Shown here one piece after another: positions 1-6,487 of a stretch of 27,857 nt of DNA. Below the pieces are notes generated by a model, which saw only the letters and a program-made list of their open reading frames with translations, searched no databases and was not told the DNA's origin. Numbering within the stretch: position 1 is the first letter of the stretch; the number at the start of each line of letters is the position of its first letter. A program made the position numbers and the translations under genes. Source of the stretch: an uncultured Gammaproteobacteria bacterium (GTDB lineage Bacteria > Patescibacteriota > Microgenomatia > 2-02-FULL-39-11); assembly GCA_964649915.1 (NCBI GenBank), contig CAZYQZ010000001.1:1-27857 (forward strand), read 5' to 3'.

Positions 1-370
1 GCGCCCACGCTCGAAACTTTTTTTCATTATACACCGTCACCGCGCACGCAATAGCGAACCTCACCCGCTGCTCGGTTGTTGGCTTGACTACTGGCAGCTC
101 TTTCGATAAGCGCATGGCTGTATAGCCGACCTTTAGCCCGCGATCTCTCTTAGGTCGTCCATTTACCTCAACCTCCCATAGTCTCGGGCTTTGAATATCA
201 GCATGAATCGGGTTCATGAACAGGGCCAGCGCCGGGTCAGTATAGGCATGCAGCCAGCCAGGACTGCACAAGTCGCCTTCCCCGTTCGTTTTCTTCCATT
301 CCCCCACCACCCATTGACAGCCGTTGTGCGTGGTTAGATCCTGCTTCGTCAGTTTGTACGCAATTTCCAT
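1..370 (-). CDS. Phage hypothetical protein, 3'-truncated by the window edge
   Basis: Read by hand: AAGGGG SD, ATG at 370, then MEIAYKLTKQDLTTHNGCQWVVGEWKKTNGEGDLCSPGWLHAYTDPALALFMNPIHA...EQRVRFAIACAVTVYNEKKFRAWA with no stop before position 1. Not in the ORF track. Confidence 0.85.
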   Translation of the reverse strand, partial: MEIAYKLTKQDLTTHNGCQWVVGEWKKTNGEGDLCSPGWLHAYTDPALALFMNPIHADIQSPRLWEVEVNGRPKRDRGLKVGYTAMRLSKELPVVKPTTEQRVRFAIACAVTVYNEKKFRAWA

Positions 371-448
371 TATTAATCCCCTTCTTGGTCTGTTCTGTGA
401 CGTGCGCTGTCTGTATACGTGACGGTTACTTTGCCAGGGCAAGGGCCT

Positions 449-769
449 TCACCGGCCTTCGGCCTTGGCAACGGCAGCTTCTATCATGTGGTATGCCTCT
501 GTTTCGTCGTCCGTTGCGCTTCCGTCACGCGAACGATCCCCAAGACACGCCCTAGCATACAGTAGCGCATCGTACATCTCTTGATGGGCATTGCAGGCGC
601 GGACGATGAAACGGCCGTTTTCAACTTGCTCGGTTGCAATAATGTTTCCCCCTATACCTGCCCATCCTTCGCTACTTTGTATTTTCGCAATCACGCCTTC
701 GTTAGTGCCGATATATCCGCTTGTTCGGTCATAAGTCCACGGTCCCGGCGTATGTGTCGGTGTGCTCAT
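449..769 (-). CDS. Phage hypothetical protein (N-terminal HTPGPW motif)
   Basis: 106 aa ORF with SD AAGGGAGG. The HTPGPW N-terminus and AKAEG C-terminus are common in small phage accessory proteins. Confidence 0.85.
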   Translation of the reverse strand: MSTPTHTPGPWTYDRTSGYIGTNEGVIAKIQSSEGWAGIGGNIIATEQVENGRFIVRACNAHQEMYDALLYARACLGDRSRDGSATDDETEAYHMIEAAVAKAEGR

Positions 770-771
770 GG

Positions 772-1251
772 TTAGGCCCTCCCTTCGGCTTGTGTCAGCG
801 CCGGTTCCGTCCAGACCTTAACCCCTCTGTTATGGGGGAGTTTCCGCGTCTTAATCCGCTTCTCTGCCGCTGCCTTGCGCCACCGTTCTTCCGTTCTTTC
901 TGCGCCATTCCGCTGTCCTTCTTCGTGTGCATGGTAGATACTGTTCAAGAGCCAGTATCGGGCATGGCTGTCTAATGATTCTAAGATCGGGCGCAGTGCC
1001 TTGCTATTGGAGATCCTGATTCTTCCTTCACCCCCTCCATGCTTATAGAGTAGATCCAGCCTCAACTGTCCAACAACGCGATAATGGTGACAATGCGAGT
1101 CTTGGCCTCCACAGCGCCCCGGTTCGTCATAGAGGAGTGAATCATGCTCTGTCAGTGCAGGCGGATCGGGTCGCCTTACGCTCGGCCTGTCGTTCGGTTG
1201 CCACTTATACCCTAATTCCCCGTTAATGTTTGGCTTATCACAGCAACACAT
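772..1251 (-). CDS. Phage hypothetical protein
   Basis: 159 aa ORF with SD GAGGAGGG. Its stop lies 2 nt before the next start in the leftward operon. Confidence 0.8.
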   Translation of the reverse strand: MCCCDKPNINGELGYKWQPNDRPSVRRPDPPALTEHDSLLYDEPGRCGGQDSHCHHYRVVGQLRLDLLYKHGGGEGRIRISNSKALRPILESLDSHARYWLLNSIYHAHEEGQRNGAERTEERWRKAAAEKRIKTRKLPHNRGVKVWTEPALTQAEGRA

Positions 1252-1253
1252 AA

Positions 1254-1427
1254 TTAGTCCCTCCTCTTACTTGTATCCGTATCCGCCTCATCCTGCACGC
1301 CAAGATCTATCCCTTCCCCGGTCTGGCATTCATAATACAGGTCCGTCCCTTTCTCCGCCTCCGCGCATGGCCCCGGCGTGTCGCCAAGGGCCAAGAGAAG
1401 GAACAGGGCCAGGGCCGGGGCCGTCAT
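1254..1427 (-). CDS. Small protein with hydrophobic, signal-peptide-like N-terminus (57 aa)
   Basis: Read by hand: MTAPALALFLLLALGDTPGPCAEAEKGTDLYYECQTGEGIDLGVQDEADTDTSKRRD. ATGA overlap with the upstream gene, and it fills the gap to the 1251 start. Below the ORF-track size cut-off. Confidence 0.7.
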   Translation of the reverse strand: MTAPALALFLLLALGDTPGPCAEAEKGTDLYYECQTGEGIDLGVQDEADTDTSKRRD

Positions 1428-1687
1428 GCGGGCACCTGCTTGGCCTCAAACACTCTCGCAAACGTATCCTTGCGGAAATAGGCTGATGACATGAGGCCAT
1501 GCTTGACAGGCTTACGCCGGTAGAGTTCATAGACCGGCACGTTCTTTTCGCTATAGGTGTCAATCGTCGCTTCGCAGACCCCATAGTTCGACATGCGATC
1601 TCCAAAGAACTTCATCGTGTCTCGGGTGAAGAAGTGGCGATCGTGTCCGGCCTGTTCAACGTGATATTTCAGTTCCGATGCAGTCAT
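1424..1687 (-). CDS. Phage hypothetical protein (FFTRDTMKFFG motif)
   Basis: 87 aa ORF with SD AAGGGAG. The HFF(S/T)R.TM.FFG motif recurs in small phage proteins. Confidence 0.85.
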   Translation of the reverse strand: MTASELKYHVEQAGHDRHFFTRDTMKFFGDRMSNYGVCEATIDTYSEKNVPVYELYRRKPVKHGLMSSAYFRKDTFARVFEAKQVPA

Positions 1688-1708
1688 GGCGCAATCTCCC
1701 TTCTTGAA

Positions 1709-2047
1709 TTATTCTTCAATCTCTTCCAGCAATGATTCAGCAATTTCATGCCAGTTCACGCGACTGAGACCGGCATTAAAAATATCAGCAAAGAATGAGG
1801 CTTGATTGCCCATCCATTCCTCGGCCTGTTCTTCAAATTCAGCCTTCAACCTCTCGGCTAAGGCGTGCACAATGCGCCGATCCAGGGCCATGTACTCATT
1901 CTCCATCGGATGCTCCTTGGCCTCGATCGCTTGCCCTCGCCAGTACTCTTGACTGCCCTGGTCATTGTCGATCCAGAACTTACAATTCCATGTCTCATAA
2001 TTCGTCCAGCCGTTGTAGGTATCTTTCGTTTCCATGGTCGTGCTCAT
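1709..2047 (-). CDS. Phage hypothetical protein (YNGWTNYETW motif, acidic)
   Basis: 112 aa ORF with SD AAAGGA. The YNGW(T/S)NYETW motif is typical of a widespread phage family of unknown function. Confidence 0.88.
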   Translation of the reverse strand: MSTTMETKDTYNGWTNYETWNCKFWIDNDQGSQEYWRGQAIEAKEHPMENEYMALDRRIVHALAERLKAEFEEQAEEWMGNQASFFADIFNAGLSRVNWHEIAESLLEEIEE

Positions 2048-2076
2048 GGGCTGGTCCTTTCGCGTGGGGAAGCGGG

Positions 2077-2358
2077 TTAAGACTTTCTGAGTCCAGGATT
2101 ATTAGGCCATGTCGGATGGGACTCGCAATAGTCAGTTTTGCTGCTCAATTCCCCTTGCTTCGTGACTTCAAAGTACGTGTGTGCAAGCCAATCAGCATCA
2201 TCAGCAAACTGAACAGGGTATGCCGTTAATTGCAGTGACTCATTTTTGAACGGCTTATAGGCCCATGCGGGCTTGTGCTCGCCCGTGAATCTATGAACAA
2301 ACCTGGCCTTGCATTCCGCTTGCAGTTTTGGCCCCAAGTGCTTGCCGAGTATTCTCAT
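2077..2358 (-). CDS. Phage hypothetical protein (ARFVHRFTGEH motif)
   Basis: 93 aa ORF with SD GGGGGAG, co-oriented with the leftward operon. Confidence 0.8.
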   Translation of the reverse strand: MRILGKHLGPKLQAECKARFVHRFTGEHKPAWAYKPFKNESLQLTAYPVQFADDADWLAHTYFEVTKQGELSSKTDYCESHPTWPNNPGLRKS

Positions 2359-2398
2359 GCTCTCCCCCTTGCTCTGCGCCTGTGGGCGCGTGAATGCG

Positions 2399-2560
2399 TT
2401 AATGGTTCGTCTTGGCGTAGACCTCTTGGCCGAACTCCGTTACGGCATAGGTGTTTTCTCCGCCAATATAGCTGACTGTCACCGCTCCACTTGCAAGCCA
2501 GTGCGCTAACGTTTTCTGTTCAATTAACCGTGGGACTCGCAAGGTACTTTTAGGTCTCAT
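2399..2560 (-). CDS. Small hypothetical protein (53 aa), first gene of the leftward operon
   Basis: Read by hand: MRPKSTLRVPRLIEQKTLAHWLASGAVTVSYIGGENTYAVTEFGQEVYAKTNH, with a perfect AGGAGG SD 7 nt upstream. Below the ORF-track cut-off. Confidence 0.75.
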   Translation of the reverse strand: MRPKSTLRVPRLIEQKTLAHWLASGAVTVSYIGGENTYAVTEFGQEVYAKTNH

Positions 2561-2828
2561 GTCCATCCTCCTGTGTCTGGCCTGTTGTTCGCTTGCGATT
2601 CAGAAGAGATGCATGCCCCATACCAGACACGGTAGATAGCGTGCTAACCTGTAACTCTTTGATATTGTTACCAGTATAAAATTAGTACGCAGTCCACACC
2701 CACATCTAGAGCCCTGCCATTCCGCCACACTGAGGCATTCTTGTCTGCATAATTGCCACACTCGATACCCTTATGACATGAAACGATGCCAAAAGCGGGC
2801 GTGGGGGCGTGCGTCCCTGTCTTCTCCC

Positions 2829-2906
2829 CCATTCCGTCAATTCCACCCACTCTAACACGTTGATTCCCTGTGCAATCTCGTCCCATGGCATATAGAAGTA
2901 GAGGGT
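2829..2906 (+). repeat. 78-bp degenerate direct repeat, copy 1
   Basis: CCATTCCGTCAA + 44 nt + ATGGCATATAGAAGTAGAGGGT. Both exact blocks recur with the same 44-nt spacing at 3756-3833. Confidence 0.9.
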
Positions 2907-3273
2907 GTGCGTATCATGGTGCCCTCTCCGGTCCTAACCGACTCCTTCCGGGCAGCAATGGAGAACGTGTGCTCGTCCAGTCAAATAGGCTGGATCAAGG
3001 GGAGTCCAAGAGCTTTCGCCTGAACCTGTGCCGGATCAGGACTTTCTCTCTTCCCCGCCCACGCTGGCCCGGTAACGGTCTAGTTCTTGAGCGGGATCCT
3101 CGACCGGATACGCTACCTACTACGGGAGCTGATCCCGCGCCTATTCTGGCCGCTATGAATACCAGATGGGAAAAGAAAGCCGAGTTATGCCCAATTGCAG
3201 AGACAGCAGCAGGACCAGGGCCAGGGCCGTCCCCGCTTAGTGTATCCAGAAGCCTACACCCACCCCACCACGT

Positions 3274-3289
3274 GTTACCTTTTCGTAAC
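3274..3289. promoter_or_regulatory. Operator-like palindrome GTTAC-N6-GTAAC, copy 1
   Basis: tGTTACcttttcGTAACgt; the same arms and flanks occur at 3836-3851. Confidence 0.55.
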
Positions 3290-3387
3290 GTCACAGGAGT
3301 AGCGCTGGATCCTTTTTGATACAGTATCAGGTCAGTCCAGGGACAGGGACGCGACACTGCCCCTGGCCATAGCCGACTAAACAGGTC

Positions 3388-3431
3388 GGGCATGGGCCTG
3401 GCCTGGGGCTGGGCATGGGGCTAGATCGGGG
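3388..3431 (+). other. Putative G-quadruplex-forming sequence (six G-tracts)
   Basis: GGG-cat-GGG-cctggcct-GGGG-ct-GGG-cat-GGGG-ctagatc-GGGG. Positions 3405-3431 alone fit the canonical G3+N1-7 x4 pattern. Confidence 0.5.
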
Positions 3432-3755
3432 CACGGACCTGGACCTGTGCCAGCCCCCTATACTGGGCATGGCGGGCCAGGACCGGGGCCGGTCCAGTAC
3501 CAGTTGACATAACAATTCTTATCAGACATTGATTAAGTAGCTGATTCTGTTCACGTTTCAGCCTAACGCCATGGCCAGGACCGGCCGGGTAGATCGGTTC
3601 ACCCCCTGCCGTCATGTGGCACGGGTCCCATATGGCTCATGCAGCAGAAAGACAAAAGGGCCCCGGATCTGGCTCGGGACCCGTTTCTGCCCCATAACAA
3701 AATCAAGCACTTGTGCAGGGCCATCCCCAGGACCAGCCTTGTATCCAACCCGATA

Positions 3756-3833
3756 CCATTCCGTCAAGTTGACCCTATCTAAGCCATTGAAAGTAGAAGT
3801 AACTTTGTCTTATGGCATATAGAAGTAGAGGGT
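3756..3833 (+). repeat. 78-bp degenerate direct repeat, copy 2
   Basis: Exact 12-bp (3756-3767) and 22-bp (3812-3833) blocks. The spacer keeps ACCC..TCTAA....TTGA in register with copy 1. Period is 927 bp. Confidence 0.9.
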
Positions 3834-3835
3834 CT

Positions 3836-3851
3836 GTTACGTTTCCGTAAC
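3836..3851. promoter_or_regulatory. Operator-like palindrome GTTAC-N6-GTAAC, copy 2
   Basis: tGTTACgtttccGTAACgt, starting 2 nt after direct-repeat copy 2. Confidence 0.55.
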
Positions 3852-4017
3852 GTGGAGGGCCTTGATCGACATGGCAGAGGACCTGGGACGGTCCTGTTAG
3901 ACACTGCGTTAGACGGCCATAAGAGGCCGCACATGAACGTACGCTGAACCCGTACGAGTACCTGAAGGCAGCATATCACCGACAGGCCGTCCCCCTCAGT
4001 CAGTTAACGTAATCCTT

Positions 4018-4422
4018 ATGCCGCCACCGAAGAAGTTTAAGCCGCTGTACCAGGAACAGGCCCCGCCGCCGCCGGTGAAGCTGGACCCGATCACGGTCCC
4101 GGAGAAGCGGAAGTACAGCAAGGACGAGCTGAAGGCGGATGTTCAGTACTTGTCCCAGCGCCTGGTCGATTACCTCAAGGAGGGGGATCGGTTTGAGCGG
4201 CTGATGGCCGAGTCGAAGGTGAAGGATATTACGGTCATGCTCGGGATTTTGACGGACAAGATGCTGGTCTTAGATGGACAGCCGACGCAGATTATTAGCC
4301 AGCAGATGCACCAGAAGATGGATACGGTCATGCCTGCATTGCTGGAAGAGATGAAGCGCCGGGGCATGACGGCGCAGTTGACAGAACGGAAAATCGATAT
4401 TCAGGTCCAGGGACAGGCATGA
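4018..4422 (+). CDS. terS: Probable terminase small subunit
   Basis: 134 aa helical protein directly upstream of the large terminase (ATGA overlap). It contains the LGILTDKMLVLDGQPT motif seen in proteins at this position. Confidence 0.65.
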   Translation: MPPPKKFKPLYQEQAPPPPVKLDPITVPEKRKYSKDELKADVQYLSQRLVDYLKEGDRFERLMAESKVKDITVMLGILTDKMLVLDGQPTQIISQQMHQKMDTVMPALLEEMKRRGMTAQLTERKIDIQVQGQA

Positions 4423-6089
4423 ACCCGGAAGTCCTCCAACATCTCGACCACCTCGACGCTACGAACCTCAGCACCCTCTCGGATGCGGAGCTGGTGGCGT
4501 TGGCGAATGAGATGTTGGCGATTCAGTCCTTTGACCGGCAAGTCAATCAGTTGCGCTATTACATCCCGGTCAGCCCGACCGCGATCAAGGTCCATACCTG
4601 TACCGGCAAAGTTATCGGCGTGGGAGGCGGCAATGGAGCCAGCAAGACAGACACGGCTTTGGTCGAACTGGCTATTAGAGCCACGGGACAAATTCCCCTT
4701 TCTCTACGAGACGTCTATCCGCGAGACAAACTGCGCGGGCCTATCAATTGTCGCGTTGTGGTTGAGTCCATCACCAATACTCTCGAAACTATTATATTGC
4801 CGAAACTCCAATGGGAGAAGTGGCAAGGGGTCGATGCTCCAGGCGGGAACCGAGGGCATTACGGCTGGATCCCGAAGCACTGTTTGAAGAAGGGGGAATG
4901 GTCCGAATCCTGGACGGCCAGGACCCGGACCTTGGAAGTGCTCTATCACGACCCCGACACCGGAGTCTATCAAGGCATCTCCCGTATCCAGTTTATGTCC
5001 TATGACCAGGACAGCAAAGACTTCGCCTCCGGTGACTTCCACTTTGTCCTGCACGATGAGCCGCCCAAGGAAAGTATCTGGATCGAGAACATGGTCCGGG
5101 CCAAGCGCGTGGACGGGACGATGATGATGTCCATGACCTGGCCGGACGACCCGACCACGCCCGTGGACTGGATCATTGATCGGGTCTGGGAGAAGTGCCA
5201 GCCCGGCAAGGACAAGGACCCGAACTATTTCTGGTTCGATATGTTTGCGACGGACAACATGAACCTGAACCAGACCGCCCTGGCGGAACTGGCCAAGGAC
5301 CTGTCGGCCGAAGAGAAGGCGAGACGTATCTATGGACAACATCTCCGACTCTCCAACCGAGTCCACCCCAACTTTACCGACACCGACAAGATCTGGTGCT
5401 TTCACTGTCACGACCTCACCATTCTCGATGATGGGGGTGCCTGTGGGAAGTGCCACGGGTCGGATACCTGCAAATTTAATCATGTCGATACCGTCAAATG
5501 CGACCCCTCTTATCCTGTGGTCTGTCTCTTAGACCCGCACCCGAGAAAACCTCATATGCTCCTCTTCGTGCAGATCGACCCCAACGACGACTGGGGCGTC
5601 ATCCATGAACTGGAAGTCCTGGGCTCACCGGCCGATGTGAAGCAGCGGGTCCAGGATATTGAAAGTGATTATGGCTGGTCGAGTATCACGCGGTTGATGG
5701 ACCCGAACATGGGCCGCTCCCCGTCCGGGACGGATCGGGAAGTGACCTGGCAAGACGCCTTTGAGCGTGAGGGGCTGACCTTTGACCTGGCCAACGACGG
5801 TGCGGCGGGGCGACAGATCATTAACGATCTGCTGAAGCCGGACCCGTTCACGCACCGGCCCCGGATCACGTTTGACTTACGATGTATGAAGGCCATAGGG
5901 CAAATGAAACGGTACGCCTGGAGCGACCACAAGCTCAGTTCTGACAAAGACCAGAAGCAGATAACGAAAATGAAATGGGACGACTATCCCACTTTGCTCA
6001 AATATCTCGCCAACTCACAACCTTCCTTTCGCGCCCTGAAGTCGGTTGGCCAAGTGTGGCGGCGTGATGTTGGGAGTTACCTCAAGTGA
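4419..6089 (+). CDS. terL: Terminase large subunit
   Basis: 556 aa. Walker A-like GGNGASKT, Walker B FVLHDEP, and C-terminal RNase H-like nuclease acidic motifs (LLDPH, LMDPN, WDDYP). Lies upstream of the portal. Confidence 0.93.
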   Translation: MNPEVLQHLDHLDATNLSTLSDAELVALANEMLAIQSFDRQVNQLRYYIPVSPTAIKVHTCTGKVIGVGGGNGASKTDTALVELAIRATGQIPLSLRDVYPRDKLRGPINCRVVVESITNTLETIILPKLQWEKWQGVDAPGGNRGHYGWIPKHCLKKGEWSESWTARTRTLEVLYHDPDTGVYQGISRIQFMSYDQDSKDFASGDFHFVLHDEPPKESIWIENMVRAKRVDGTMMMSMTWPDDPTTPVDWIIDRVWEKCQPGKDKDPNYFWFDMFATDNMNLNQTALAELAKDLSAEEKARRIYGQHLRLSNRVHPNFTDTDKIWCFHCHDLTILDDGGACGKCHGSDTCKFNHVDTVKCDPSYPVVCLLDPHPRKPHMLLFVQIDPNDDWGVIHELEVLGSPADVKQRVQDIESDYGWSSITRLMDPNMGRSPSGTDREVTWQDAFEREGLTFDLANDGAAGRQIINDLLKPDPFTHRPRITFDLRCMKAIGQMKRYAWSDHKLSSDKDQKQITKMKWDDYPTLLKYLANSQPSFRALKSVGQVWRRDVGSYLK

Positions 6090-6487
6090 GTATGACAAAA
6101 GAGCAACGGGCTGTCGCTCATCGAGAAGCGAATAGGAAGTGGCAATTAGCCAACCCGAATAAAGTGCGGCAGATGAGACGCGACTACGCGAACAAAGACA
6201 ATGAACTGCTCAAGATCGCCGTCATGAATGTTTACACGAATGGAGAGCAGACGTGTCGGCATTGCGGCCAAGGCGACATTGACGTGCTGTGCCTTGACCA
6301 TATTAACGACGATGGGGCTGCGCACAGGAAAGAGACTGCGCAAGGCACGAGATGGCAAACGGCTTATAAATGGATCATCAAGAACGACTACCCTCCTAAT
6401 GTGCAAGTGCTTTGCTACAACTGCAACATGAAGAAGGAAGTAGTACGTCGTCGCAACTCACGTAAGAGTAACACGTTACATGCCTGA
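6086..6487 (+). CDS. Free-standing HNH (His-Me finger) endonuclease, copy A
   Basis: CRHC...LCLDHINDDG...QVLCYNCN motif. AT-richer than its neighbours, overlaps both the terL stop and the portal start, and is a paralog of 15827-16312. Confidence 0.8.
   Translation: MSMTKEQRAVAHREANRKWQLANPNKVRQMRRDYANKDNELLKIAVMNVYTNGEQTCRHCGQGDIDVLCLDHINDDGAAHRKETAQGTRWQTAYKWIIKNDYPPNVQVLCYNCNMKKEVVRRRNSRKSNTLHA

Larger units (their letters stand above)
2652..3792. promoter_or_regulatory. Array of six TAA-N4-TTGA(W)(W)-like sites (candidate protein-binding iterons)
   Basis: Plus strand: 2652 TAACTCTTTGATA, 2853 TAACACGTTGATT, 3522 TCAGACATTGATT, 3534 TAAGTAGCTGATT, 3780 TAAGCCATTGAAA. Minus strand: 3701-3713 CAAGTGCTTGATT. 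Confidence 0.55.

Noticed and set aside
100-130. Apparent frameshift in the first leftward gene
   Set aside because: On re-reading, the frame is continuous (GGC TAT ACA GCC ATG CGC). The gene simply runs off the window edge.
431-442. TTGCC-AG-GGCAA palindrome in the 371-448 intergenic gap
   Set aside because: A single short copy with no other support; could be chance.
1381-1423. GGGCC repeats as a further copy of the control-region tract
   Set aside because: Explained by the PALAL...LAL codons of the 1254-1427 micro-gene.
3504-3535. Perfect TTGACA at 3504-3509 as a rightward promoter
   Set aside because: No acceptable -10 hexamer at 16-18 nt spacing.
2870-3822. ORFs in the control region (2870-3319 +, 2995-3393 -, 3571-3822 + and others)
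   Set aside because: Low-complexity P/G/R products from the GC-rich repeats, no SD, and mutually overlapping on both strands. Treated as non-coding.
2829-3851. CRISPR array or mini-array interpretation of the repeats
   Set aside because: Only two copies 927 bp apart, with no regular repeat-spacer periodicity and no cas genes.
4704-5483. Long antisense ORFs (4704-5483, also 7773-8387, 15111-15824, 20202-21089, 25401-26096)
   Set aside because: They mirror well-supported plus-strand genes. High GC3 removes stops on the opposite strand, and they show no motifs or SD sites.
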